DNA of 64,000 nucleotides from Octopus bimaculoides. Lineage: Eukaryota. Shown in pieces: positions 40,101 through 53,490 of the stretch. Under the pieces are notes generated by a model, which was not told where the DNA came from, made no database searches, and worked only from the letters and a program-made list of their open reading frames with translations. Position numbers and translations under genes: made by a program. The stretch spans positions 40,451,188-40,515,187 of the forward strand of contig NC_068994.1 in NCBI RefSeq assembly GCF_001194135.2, in the 5' to 3' direction. Every line of letters begins with the position of its first letter. Within the stretch, counting starts at the first letter, position 1.

Positions 40101-41040
40101 ATATAAATTCTGTTAGTTACAACAAGCTGGCTATGGTGTGGTGCCACTCTAACTAATTATGCACCAAAGAAACTTTTTCTAATCAATAAAAGTTGGAGCC
40201 TAGAGGCCTAGAAATTACACTTGATGTATAATTGAATGGTTACTAATAGGTAAGAAAACATGATTAGGAAGTCAAAAAACAAATTGGTATTTTTTATCTT
40301 TTTGCTTGTGTCAGTCATTGAACTGTAGCTATGATGGACCCTGCCTTGATGGGTTTAATCAAACAAGCCGAACCAAGTGCTTATTTTAAGTCTTGTATCT
40401 ATTATATTAGCCTCTTTTGCGGAACTTTTAAGTTGTGGGACTGTAGACAAACCAACACCAGTTATTGAGTGGGGATGGGGGCACACACTAAGACTCCCCC
40501 ATATGTATATATATATATATATATGCTATGGGTTTCTACACAATTTCTTTCTACCACATTCACTCAAAAGGCATTAGTTAGCCCAAGGATATAGTGGAAG
40601 ATAATAAGAGAAACAACTATCTTTAAGCTAATTAGTCATGCAAACATAGGTTTTGTTCCCTTTTCCATAGATTTTCTGGAATTATGTTTAAAAAAGTCTA
40701 CACAATTCAATATGCCCATTATTCCAGATTGTAAAATTCACAGCAGTCTTCTTGTGTTCTTGTAATTGTAATAGCGATTCTCATTAAAAATGTTCATTTT
40801 TTGAAAAAATTATAAATTTATATATGTATACATATGCATATATAGGCATACATACATATATATATATAAACGTGTGGGGGGGGGGTGCACGTGTGTGTGT
40901 TTGTGTGTGCGTGTTTTCTTTTTAATAAATAAAACAGTAGCCTTTTAGCAGTAAAGAAAACATTCGCTGAATGGGAGAGATGAGAAAGATAGAGAAAGAT
41001 AAAGAGATACAGAGGCTAAAAGTAATGGAGGACAGAGAGA

Positions 41041-41077
<37 letters not shown>

Positions 41078-42600
41078 AGATAAAGATAGTGTGAGAAAAG
41101 AAGAGAGAAAGAATGAGAGAGAGAGAGAGAGAGAGAGATAATGATATACAGAGAATGAATGAGGAAGAGACAGAGAGGATGAGAGAAGGAATTTAGTTTA
41201 AAACCTTAACGGTGTGTTAGTTTTAATTATGCTCCGGTGCTCTGGTAGTTCTGTGGCAAGTGTTTGCAGCATCAAGAAACAAAGCTACTTGTGGACAATT
41301 GATGAATATTTATTAGAGAGCGTCTATAAAGCTTAATTGATGCAGTGTTTCACTGTTTGGTATTCTTTGTTTAAATGGAGAACGTGAAGAACGTTGTTTC
41401 TTTTCATCTCCCTCTATATCTCCCTTTTTCTCTTTCTCTTCTTTTGTTTTTTGTTTTTTTCTGTTGCCATTATTACTATTTGTACTATCATTATCATTAT
41501 TACCACCACCACCACCACTACCATCATCATCATCATCATTATAATCATTATCATTTTCATCATCATAATAATCATTGTTGTTGTTGTTGAAAAATTTAAC
41601 TTTGATGTTTGAATATTTATTTATTTTAAATAAAATGCACGGCCACTTCGGATTTAAATAACCGCATTTTAATTAAGTCTGCTGGGGTTTGGCAGATGCT
41701 GGTGGGCTTCGCTTCATTCTGAAAACAAATTCCAAGAGAATTAAACTTGGGATGTTTAAGTTCCAGTATTTGCAAGACTTTAATATCAAATCATAATAAT
41801 ATTGGTGATTCATTTGTTTAGATTTTTATCAAAATTACATTTCAAGCAAAAAAAAGCATGATAAAATTCTGTTGACAGATGTAAAAATTGCCTTCCTCAA
41901 TCTCACTCACCACATGAGTAAGGCTCAATAACTTGACATAAGAATCATAGTATACATCTACATATATATATATTTATACATAATTAAGGATAAAACTATT
42001 TTAATGATTTTATCAAGTGGCCAGTGTGTAATAAAACCATGCAGGTAACAATCTATACTAATATATAATAATTATATTAAAGGGTGCAGATAAACATCAC
42101 CAACATGCTAGAAATAGAAACCAAATGTCTCTAAAAACCACATTAACACTCTGTTAGCACAGGTTTTAAGCAAACAGAGTTTTTAAAGCTTGTTGGCGGA
42201 GCTTATACACACCAATTAACATAATTATATTTATATAATTATGTATTAGTATAACGCTTGGGAATTGAAAAAGTCTTTAATGTTTTGAGCCTACGCTCTT
42301 CTGCAGAAAGGAACACATAAAGAAATAAGGAGAGGAAAAAAAATATATATATATACATATATATATATGTCTATGTATACATATATTTTTTATGTGCTTG
42401 TATATATGTATATGTGATGGAATTCCACATAGTTTCCATCTCCCAAATTCACTCACAGGGTTATAGAAGATGACTCTTGCCCAGAGTGCCTTATAAAGGG
42501 ACTTAATCCAAAACTACATATTTGAAAAGCAAGCTGCACCAAAGACTTACACTTGCACAAATATCTGTGTGTGTGTGTGTGTGTGTTTGTATATATATAT

Positions 42601-42642
<42 letters not shown>

Positions 42643-42661
42643 ATATATGTATGTATGTATG

Positions 42662-42692
<31 letters not shown>

Positions 42693-43042
42693 ATATGTAT
42701 GTATGTATAAATATATAAAGTTGATGACATAAGAATTTATAAACTTTCAATAGAATGTGAAATAAATCTTTTCTGAAATATTGGCTCTTGGAGCACCTTG
42801 CATAAAACTATATATAACAGTATGTAAACATTGGATCGAAAGTTCTACAAAACTTACAGCTATGAAACTATACAAATGCAGAACTGGTTAAGTGTATCGA
42901 TTCTAATTTTCATTTGAACTCATTTTCATATATACTCTCTGTGCACTTTCAACTTCATTTATTTCATCTATACTACTACTTGTGTGAGTTAGTAATGTGT
43001 TTTTGTATGCATATATACATACATATATACATACATATGTGT

Positions 43043-43086
<44 letters not shown>

Positions 43087-43103
43087 ATATGTATGTATAT
43101 ATG

Positions 43104-43163
<60 letters not shown>

Positions 43164-43691
43164 TATATATATACATGCATATGTATATACATATATATAT
43201 ATATATATACAGTAATACCTCACTTTACAAGGATCCACTTTATGAGACTCCAGTGTACGACCTTTTACAAGTTTTATTTTCTGTCTATGAGATTTTGCTT
43301 TACATGCGTTCTCTGGGAATGAATTAACTCATTTATCAAGGCATTGCTGTACATGCATATGTATATATATATATATATACACATACACACATGTGTGCAC
43401 ACACACACACACACATGCACATGTATACATACATGCATATATACATATATATATTGATGTGAGAGATCATGGCTTAGTGGTTAGGGTGTTGGACTCACGA
43501 TCATGAACAAAACACTTCATGTCATGTTGCTTTGTGATCATTTCAACACCTGACATGTGGTACACAGCACACCAGTTCATACAACGTTGAAATGATGGAG
43601 AGAGTAACCTCATGTGCAGCACAAGCATTAGATCACTATAAACAAATCATTTGTGCAGGTCTTTGGCAAAAAGCTGAATGCAGTAATGTAC

Positions 43692-44009
43692 TTACAAGCA
43701 GTTAAATATATGTCTGGTCATAAAGTAACCAATGGTTTTGTATCCATAAAGCCGTTAGCTCTATAGATGACTCATCAGACTCTATTGGCAGAAGGCAATA
43801 GAGTCTGATGAGTCTCTTCAAACTGGAGGTAAAAAAAATTGTTATGCTTTACAAATTAACTGACCGTAACAGTTTTCTACCTCCAGTTTGAAGAGAGGTT
43901 ATATGACCTCCACCATTAGAGTCTGATGAGTCATCTATAAAGCTAAGAGCTATATGGATGTTAACCCACTGGCCACTCAGTGACCAGACATATATTTAAC
44001 TGCATGTAA
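43692..44009. mobile_element. Foldback/MITE-like element with ~93-bp imperfect inverted arms
   Basis: The terminal 29 bp match 28/29 as inverted repeats and the arms align inward to GACTCATCAGACTCTA. TA flanks the CAAGCAG/CTGCATG ends. The superfamily cannot be assigned. Confidence 0.75.
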
Positions 44010-44084
44010 ATATACATATATATACATAAAATGAATGAAAACATTATTAAAGAATCATGCAAAATTCTAACTGGCTCCTTTTTC

Positions 44085-44480
44085 GCACTCTCATGCCGGT
44101 GGCATGTAATAAGCACTCACTACTCTCTTGGAGTGGTTGACATTAGGAAGGGCATCTAGCTGTAGAAACATTGCCAGATCAGATTGATAGAAATGCTAGC
44201 ACACCGGGGGAAATGCAAAGCAGTATTTTGTCTGTATTTACATTCTAAGTTCAAATTCCGTGAAGGTCAACTTTGCCTTTTATCCTTTCGGGGTCAATAA
44301 ATTAAGAACTAGTTGCGTACTGGTTTCGACCTAATCGACTGGCCCCCTCACCCAAAATTTCGGGCCTTGTAACTAGAAGAGAAAAGATTGGAGCCTGGTG
44401 CAGCCCAGTGGCTTGCCAGACCTTAGTCAAACCGTCCAACCCATGGAAAGCGGACGTTAAACGATGATGATGATGATGAT
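44085..44480 (+). mobile_element. RTE 3' UTR fragment interrupted by a family B SINE
   Basis: The RTE UTR is split at AGATTG, the SINE occupies 44187-44384, and AGATTG is repeated at 44181-44186 and 44385-44390. The (GAT)n tail is at ~44463. Confidence 0.8.
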
Positions 44481-44522
44481 ATATATATGCATATATACAT
44501 ACATACATATAAATATATATAT

Positions 44523-44631
<109 letters not shown>

Positions 44632-45704
44632 CATCATCATCACCATCATTTTAACATCCATGTTTGCATGCTAGCATGAGTCACAAATTTGTTGATGCAG
44701 ATTTTTGACATGTGGATGCTCCTACTCTTGCCAACTGTTACCTGCTTCCAAGTCAGATAATATTTCCCTTAGACCTTTGAACATTGAAAGCTTGTTTGCT
44801 GCAAATTTTTACCTGGAGGACTGACAATGAATAACACTAATTATATAACAATGAAGTTTCACAGACACACTCACATACAAATGCATGCATACATGCACAG
44901 ATGCACACACATATGTACATGCATTTGCATATATAAATGTATATGTATGAATATAATATATATGTGTGAGTGTACGTGTGTATGTGTATGTATATTTATA
45001 TATATATATAATAAGTGCTAGCACGTATGTGTGTGCACTAGAAAGCACACACCAGTAGAACACGAGTAAATATATAATAACCATGAGAAGAACCAACATT
45101 TCAGTAACAGCTGACATGACTCAAAACCTATAAATAAATAAATTCAATGCAAGAAAAACCATGTTCCTGGAATATCCTCGAAAAATTTGACTCTAAAATT
45201 TACACCACACCCAATCAACAAAGTGATTTTTAGCTGATAATCTTGTGAAATGACAAAAAAAAAAAGTGGTTAGCATTCTGTTCCAAAGATTAAAAAAAGC
45301 CACACCCAAAATTGTTGCAAACTTCTTAATATAAATTATTTAGACAATTCACACACATTTGCAACACATCATCATCATCATCCTCATCATATCTACTTTC
45401 CATGCTTTCATGGGTCAAAGAAGAGTATGTTGAATTAGAGTTTTCTATGGCTGTATCACTTTCCAATTAGAGTTGATATCCATTGCTACCAAGTGATTGG
45501 TCTTCTCTTTCTAGTAGTGATCTTTATTTCAATAAATCATGTACTCATCTTTATTATTGTTTAATATAGCCTTGTCTTTCTTATTGAAATACATGCTATA
45601 TCCTCTCTATTTTATTTCTCTTAATTTATTTTTGTTTTATTTAAGCAAATTATCTAGGCCAGAAATATGTTCTACTCATTATTGTATCTCTAACTGTTTC
45701 ATAT

Positions 45705-46020
45705 GTGAAGGCATATGGCTCAGTGGTCAGAGTATTGTGCTTACAATCGTGGGGTTGGGAATCCAATTCCTGGACTGGGTTGTGACTTGTATTCTTGAGC
45801 CAGACAATTTACTTTCGTGCTGCTCCAGTACTATCAGCTTTTGAAATGAATTGCGACATCACTGGTGCCAAGCTGTATTGGCTTTTGCCTTTCTCTTGGA
45901 CAACATCAGTGGCATGGAGTGGGGAGGCTGATATGCATGGACAACTGCTGGTCTTCCAGAAAACAACCTTGCTCAAATTTCTATCTGGGAGCGTAGCTTT
46001 CTAGGTGCAATCCCATTGTA
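45705..46020 (+). mobile_element. tRNA-headed SINE with a distinct 3' body
   Basis: GTGAAGGCATATGGCTCAGTGG A box and a degenerate B box, followed by a CORE-like TTCTTGAGCCAGACAATTTACT. Confidence 0.6.
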
Positions 46021-46441
46021 ATTCATAATTGAAGGGGGTATTTACTCTTACCCAAATTGCTTCATGTACAGAAGATAAGGTTGAAAAATGGCTGCGCTAA
46101 TGGTGCCTGTTAATTTAGAAACATGTGTCTACAGATATTCCCTTTCCTTCAGACAATTAGACTGTTTTTTCCTTTGATGGCATATCACTTTTGTAGAAAT
46201 TTGTGATTATTTAGACAATCACTTGTTCAGTTTTGGACATAGTTCCAATTACCTTTGTGTGATTGGTCTAACTTTCTTGGAAGTGGAGATAAATCAAGAT
46301 TTTATCTTGTATGTTGATTAATATAACTGTATTCATCATTTGTTATTCTAATACAAGCCACTGGCTACTTACTGAGTTATTTCTTGTAACTCATGTTATA
46401 TATACATGTGTGTGTGTGTGTGTGTATATGTACTCATACAA

Positions 46442-46489
<48 letters not shown>

Positions 46490-46947
46490 ATACACACATA
46501 CATACACACACGCACATGCACACACACACACATTATTGATGTGTTAAGTGGTATTTGTTTGATGCTATAATTGCACCTTAGAGTCAATCTAAGCTTTTAA
46601 CTGACACTGGATGTATAATTACTCTAAATTAAATACACCAGACAATTGCAAACAACTGTCTTTTATACATTTTCTTCCTGTATACAAAGAGATTGTATAA
46701 AAGTGAAATGTTTACAGTTGTCCAATGTATTTGATTTAGTGTAATTACACCTGCAGTGTTGACTAAAAACTTAGATTTACTTTAACTACACTTACAAAAT
46801 AAATGTGTTTTCATTTCTCTGCACATGTGCGAATACACACCTACATAGAAACTTATATTTGTATGTGTGTGTATGAGTGTGTCTGTATGTGTGTCTGTAT
46901 GTGTGTGTATGGGTGTGTGTGTGTGGGTGTCTGTGTGTGTGTATACA

Positions 46948-47815
46948 CAGGGTGCAATGGGTAAATTGTTGCCATATTATATTTTTAATTTCGTGCATGC
47001 GCATTGTTTGATTTTGATTTTGTTGACTACACAGTATGGTGGGGTCAGTTGGGCACCATCTGTGAAATAATTAGCACCATGACGCAATTCACTCTGATAA
47101 AACTTTGGAAATGGCATGTTGTACTGCTTGGCATTTATGCCTGAAGCCCCAGTACAAACAGGTGAACAGACAGAACAACCGTTGGCTTGCTGTGTGCCCA
47201 AAACATGTACTGAGAATGATAAAAATCAAACATTTAATCATCCTCATGGTGTTTGGAGTGATCACTAGTGATGACAATGTTATGCCTCCATTCATCTTCC
47301 CCACAGAGGCCTACATCAAGTTCCTGGATAAGGTGGGGCTGACCTGGGTCAAAAGGGTGGCTGCTGGAAGACCTTATGTCTGGCAACAGGACTCTGCACC
47401 AAGCCACAAAAGCAGGAGAACCGAGTTATAGCTGTCAGACAATTTCTGTGACCACATCACCCCTAACATCTGGCCATTTAACTCCCCAGACTGCAATCCA
47501 CTCGATTATTATGTGTGGGGTGCAGTTGAGCGAGAGACCAACAAAACTCCTTGTAACACCAAAGATGACCTGAAGGCAAGAATTATGACAGCATTCACCA
47601 ACTTAAACAAGGAGATGGTCCAGAAGAGTTACAGGAAATTTCAAAGTCATCTGGAGGCCGTGGTTGAAGCCAATGGCGATTTTATAGAATAAATCTATTC
47701 TTTAGTATTTCAAGATGTTTTTATGTAATTTTGGTAAACATATCTGTTGAAATGAGAGGTCAGTGTTATTTTCATTTTTGCACAATTTAGACAAAAATAT
47801 ATTCACTGCACTTTG
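46948..47815 (+). mobile_element. maT (DD37D) non-autonomous element with both ends
   Basis: Left TIR CAGGGTGCAATGGGTAAATTGTTGCC and degenerate right TIR ...TTCACTGCACTTTG-TA. WQQD-(37 positions)-NPLD spacing, and C-terminus ...LEAVVEANGDFIE*. Confidence 0.9.
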
Positions 47816-47834
47816 TATACATATGCATCACTTG

Positions 47835-47838
<4 letters not shown>

Positions 47839-47886
<48 letters not shown>

Positions 47887-47953
47887 CATCTATCTATCTA
47901 TCTATCCATCTGTCTATCTATCTATCTGTCTGTCTATCTATCTATCTATCTAT
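47839..47953 (+). repeat. (TATC)n tetranucleotide SSR
   Basis: Directly visible, with a few CATC and TGTC variants. Confidence 0.95.
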
Positions 47954-49084
47954 CATATTCTCTTGATTTGGTACTTATTCTATCAGCCTCACTTTCTTCT
48001 GGATTATTAAGTCACAGGGACATAAACAAACCAACACTGGTTGTTAAGTGGTAGGGATGAGAACAAAACAAAGATACAGACACGACACATATATACACAC
48101 ACATATATATATATGTATATGACAGTCTTCCAGAAAGTCTACTAAATTCATCAACCATAGTCCAGGACTGTAGCAGATGATATTTGCTCAAGTTACTGTG
48201 TAGTGAGACTGAACTCCAAACCACTTGATTGCAAAGTATACTTTAGAACCATACAGCCATGCCCATGCTTATATGATGATAATTGATAGTTATTTCTTAC
48301 ATAAGCAGTTTAAAAGACTCATGGTGAAGTGGAGATGATAATGCCTTTCCCAAGATCCCAACTGCATTATCAACATCAATGAAGTGAAATATTTCCAGCG
48401 CAGAATTGAAGAATAATACAACGAGATATTTCTTTACTGGAATGCCGTCATGGTGTCGACTGTTGTTATCACACAAGCTCTTTGTTCCATTGTTTCTTCT
48501 TAGTTACAATCTTTCTGTAATGCACGACGCACATAACTGCATGTTACTGCTTTGCCAGTCTCTGTCTCTTTCATCTCCCTGCTTTCATATCACATTTGCC
48601 ATTCATGTCTTTCCCTTATCCTTTTTCTCTTGCACTTTCTCTCTCTCTTTTCTTTCTCCCTTTCTCTCTCTCTTTCTTCCTCTTTCCCTTTTCAATATTC
48701 ATGACTTCTTTCTCCTTTCATTCTCTCTTCTTTTCCTAATTCTTTTTTTGCTTCTTATTTCTCTTCTTCCTTTCACGCCTACCCTCCACCCATTGCCCAT
48801 TGCTACATAGTTTCATATCCACATTTTATGTCAGTTTTTCTTTTCTTTCTCACTAATACTCCGTCCATTCTTCTGCAATCTTTACACCAAATTCTCACAC
48901 AGATCTTGGAATACACACACATACACAAGTATATATACATATGCATATATATATATATATAAGTTCAACCCATGCCAACATGGAACACAAATGCTAAATT
49001 ATAATGATAGTAATGATGATGATAATGATGTTGATGATGATGATGATATACACACATACACATATATATGTACACATATATAGG

Positions 49085-49440
49085 TGCAGGAGTGGCTGTG
49101 TGGTAAGTAGCTTGCCTACCAACCACATGGTTCTGGGTTCAGTCTCACTGCGTGGCACCTTGGGCAAGTGTCTTCTACTATAGCTTCGGGCCAACCAAAG
49201 CCTTGTGAGTGGAATTGGTGTGTGTATATGTTTGTGTGTCTGTGTTTGTCCCCCCAGCGTCGCTTGACAACCAATGGTGGTGTGTTTACGTTCCCGTAAC
49301 TTAGCGGTTCGGCAAAAGAGACCGATAGAATAAGTACTAGGCTTACAAAGAATAAGTCCTGGGGTGGATTTGCTCGACTAAAGGCGTTGCTCCAGCATGG
49401 CCACAGTCAAATGACTGAAACAAGTAAAAGAGTAAAAGAG
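49085..49440 (+). mobile_element. Young SINE family A
   Basis: Full head, CORE-like segment and 3' part ending (AGTAAAAG)n. Confidence 0.88.
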
Positions 49441-50031
49441 CATATGTATAGATGTGAAGAACTAAGGCAAATAATTCAAGAGGCCTGTAGTATGCAGTTT
49501 GATAAAAGTGGGATACTAAATATAGTAGTACAGAGTAAATTCTTAATGTATTGAAACTTCTCTTCAAATGTGAGGTACAAAAATGAAAACCAATCCTTAA
49601 TGAATGTCTTAGGAAGTGGAGATAACTTCAAAGCACGAAGAACCAATCACTAAACTTAATTTACACTCATAGGCAAAGGATAAGCAAAGGGCAACTATGA
49701 ACATATGTTTTAGTATATTTAACCTCATCAGTACAGTACAGTTTACTGAGATCTGCAAATCAGGAGATGAAATTCTGCATAGTGGAAAAGGGTTATTGTA
49801 AGAGGGTAATGAATTATAAAAAGAGCTAAGAGAAATAATTCCTCGAAGACACTGACAAGAATTTGGGTAATTGAATTGGTGTATGATGTAATGGAATTGT
49901 GAAGTTATTGAAATATCTATCTAAAACAAAGAAAGAAATCACTTCTGAGTTTTTGTTTACTTTCTGTTAAATTTCAAACTTTCGATAAATTTCAATAGTA
50001 ATTTTTTTGTATATGGCATTCAGTACATAAC

Positions 50032-50330
50032 NNNNNNNNNNNNNNNNNNNNNNNNNNNNNNNNNNNNNNNNNNNNNNNNNNNNNNNNNNNNNNNNNNNNN
50101 NNNNNNNNNNNNNNNNNNNNNNNNNNNNNNNNNNNNNNNNNNNNNNNNNNNNNNNNNNNNNNNNNNNNNNNNNNNNNNNNNNNNNNNNNNNNNNNNNNNN
50201 NNNNNNNNNNNNNNNNNNNNNNNNNNNNNNNNNNNNNNNNNNNNNNNNNNNNNNNNNNNNNNNNNNNNNNNNNNNNNNNNNNNNNNNNNNNNNNNNNNNN
50301 NNNNNNNNNNNNNNNNNNNNNNNNNNNNNN
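50032..50330. other. Assembly gap (N run)
   Basis: N run followed by (TA)n. Confidence 0.99.
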
Positions 50331-50387
<57 letters not shown>

Positions 50388-50847
50388 AGTCATAAAACAT
50401 ATCATCGGAAAGACCATCCAGCCTTACCAGCATGGACATAAAATTCTAATGAGGACACATAAAATATATTCTCTGGACAGAAAATATATTTCTGGCAGAA
50501 AACACATTAGTAAACAAACTGAGATTTTGCTTTCATCAGTGGAAACATAAAGTAGTAATCATAAAAAGGGTTTTACTGCTTATAGACCAACTGATGAAGG
50601 AATGCTGGAAAGTAACAAAAGAAACTTCTACCATCACTCTCAGGTTTTTCTTTAGTTGCCATATAAGTAGTAAATTCTTCTTTTTTGTTTCCATTGCTGG
50701 TTGCAAAACACCAGTTATTTTGTGATTGTGTTTGTACCAGAGACTGTTGCCTCAGTCTCAAGGAACTATTTAATATATATTTTAATTTTAATAAATGTAA
50801 CAATGTATCTATTTTTGAGTATCCATTCATTTTAGTTCATGATATTT

Positions 50848-50897
<50 letters not shown>

Positions 50898-51512
50898 ATA
50901 TATACATTCATATACACACATATATATATACATATCCCATTTTTCATTTTCCTCTTTCTTTCTTTCTCTTTTATCTTCTGACTAAAACTTCTCTTCATCT
51001 ACTTTTTATGCTTTTTGCTATCCTAGATACGGCCTATCATCACTTCTTGTTTGCCCAGCTCACTATTTCTAATCCTCTAATAGTTGCAAAACTGTTTCTT
51101 TTCAGTCGATCTCCCTACTCCGCCTCTCTTTGTATCTCTCCCTCTCCTCTATCTCAGTTCTTTTCTCTCTTCTGCTTACCCTCCTTTCTTTAGAATGTAA
51201 CACTATATCTCTTTTCCTTTCATTTTCTTTATCTCTTTTTCATCTCTCAGTTCTTTTATCTTTCTTTGAATACCCCATTTTCTCCTTCTCTTTCGCTTTT
51301 CTTTCTCCATTTTCTTTCCAGTATATTATTTCTTTCTTTCTTTTATTTCACACATTTCATCCTTATCATCCTCTTTCCTTCATTCTTTACTTTTACTACC
51401 TTTACTTTCAAACAGAAAGAGTTATAGACTAAAGGATTGCTACACTTAGGTTTATCCCCTTATGAACTGAGTTCAAATCCTGCTGTGGATGTTGTTACCT
51501 TTTATTCATCTC

Positions 51513-51667
51513 TGGCTGTGTGGTAAGTAGCTTGCTTACCAGGCACATGGTTCCAGGTTCAGTCCCACTGTGTGGCACCTTGGGCAAGTGTCTTCTACTA
51601 TAGCCTCGGGCCAACCAAAGCCTTGTGAGTGGATTTGGTAGATGGAAACTGAAAGAAGCCCATCGTA

Positions 51668-51698
<31 letters not shown>

Positions 51699-52003
51699 NN
51701 NNNNNNNNNNNNNNNNNNNNNNNNNNNNNNNNNNNNNNNNNNNNNNNNNNNNNNNATATATATGTGTGTGTGTGTGTGTGTGTGTATGTGTGTTTGTGTT
51801 TGTCCCCCCACCATCGCTTGACAACCAATGTTGATGTGTTTACGTCCCTGTAACTTAGTGGTTCGGCAAAAAGAGATCGATAGAATAAGTACTAGGCTTA
51901 CAAAGAATAAGTCCTGGGGTCGATTTGCTCGACTAAAAGCGGTGCTCCAGCATGGCCGCAGTCAAATGACTGAAACAAGTAAAAGAGTAAAGGAGTAAAA
52001 GAG
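51513..52003 (+). mobile_element. Young SINE family A, with a gap in the central microsatellite
   Basis: Same structure as 49085. The N run at 51699-51755 lies in the (TA)n. Confidence 0.88.
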
Positions 52004-52576
52004 TTGTTGTTTAACTCCAGATCAGTCCTAATTGAGCACACCTGTGATCAAAAGTGTTACAATCCTAATCATCCTATTATATTCTTTGGGTATAATCTAC
52101 CCAAGACCTCATTATCAGATGTGTTTCTCCCAGTTTTAGTAAAATTCAGCAGTATTTATCATTATGTCAATATGATTAGTTACTGTTAGGAGTCAGATAA
52201 CCTGACATGTAGGGCTAAAATCCAACGACGATGTGGAACTCAGTTTGAAATATTCAATTTTACCTTCAAAATGATGAGGAACAAAGTTGGTCTTAATATT
52301 TCATCAATATAAGGGGCAAGCTGATATAGTCATTAGCAGACCAAGCAAAATGCTTAGCGGCATTTCATCTGTCTTCACATTTTGAGTTCAATTTCAACCA
52401 AAGTTAACATTGCTTTTCATCCTTTCGGGGTTGATAAAATAAGAACCAGTTGAACACTAGGGTCAATGAAATCAATTTACCCCCTCACATAAAAATTGCT
52501 GGCCTTGTGCCAGAATTTGAAATCAATATTTAACCATAATTTTGTTCCCATCTATGGTGCTTTATATGAATATTAA

Positions 52577-52797
52577 CCCTTTCTTTACCAACCTGGCTGA
52601 AACCTGCTCTGGCTCTGAGTACAAATATCTTGTTTTCATAAGTTTTGAATTAAAATCTTCCACCAAACCTTAGTCACAATTTATGTTCCTAACACTAGCT
52701 GAATGATAACTAAGTTATTTTACTAAATTCTTTGTTATATTTAAAGTAACTGAAAGAAACACAGAACATCTCAAAAATAGATACAGTAATGAAAGGG
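52577..52797. mobile_element. piggyBac-type MITE with intact TTAA TSD
   Basis: TTAA-CCCTTTCTTTACC ... GTAATGAAAGGG-TTAA. Confidence 0.88.
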
Positions 52798-53087
52798 TTA
52801 AATTGACTCCAGTGCTTGATTGGTAAGTTCTTTTATTGACTCCAGGAGGACAAAAGGCAAAGTTAGTCTTAGACTTTCATTATCATTCCATTCCTACTTA
52901 AGATTGATTATAAGAATATTAAATCAATTCCAGTATTCTACTTTTATTTGGTTAGTACTTATTTTCTGTATTTTCTTTCCAATATATCATTTCTTTGTTT
53001 CTTTTATTTCACACATTTCATCCTTAACATACTCTCTCCTTCATTCTTTACTTTTACTACCTTTATTTCCACACCTGCACCTCAAGG

Positions 53088-53490
53088 AGGCACAGGTGTG
53101 GTTGTGTGGTAAGAAGCTTGCTTCCAAAACACATGGTTTCGGGTTCAATCTCACTGCATGACACCTTGGGCAAGTGTCTTTTACTATAGCCTTAGGCCAA
53201 CCAAAGCCTCGTGAGTGGATTTGGTAGATGGAAACTGAAAGCAGCCTAGTGTGTGTGTGTGTGTGTGTGTATGTGTGTCTGTATTTTCCCCATCACCGCT
53301 TGACAACCAATGTTGGTGTGCCCCTGTAACTTAGCAGTTCAGCGAACGTGTCTGATAGAATAAGTTCTAAGGTTTACATAAAATAAGTCCCAAGGTCGAA
53401 TTTTTTGACTAAAAATAATCCCTTTTAAGTCAGTGCTCCAGCATACCCATAGTCAAATGACTGAAATAAGTAAAAGAATAAAAGAATAAA
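53088..53490 (+). mobile_element. SINE family A
   Basis: Head, CORE-like segment, (TG)n and a tail ending (AATAAAAG)n. Confidence 0.82.

Noticed and set aside
43805-43933. CTGATGAG words as hammerhead cores in the foldback element
   Set aside because: No stem II closed by GAAA follows any of the three copies on either strand.
50586-50650. DQLMKECWK resembling a kinase subdomain XI motif, and a CTGATGAAGG word
   Set aside because: The conserved P..R of the kinase motif is missing, no other kinase exons are seen, and no hammerhead stems form.
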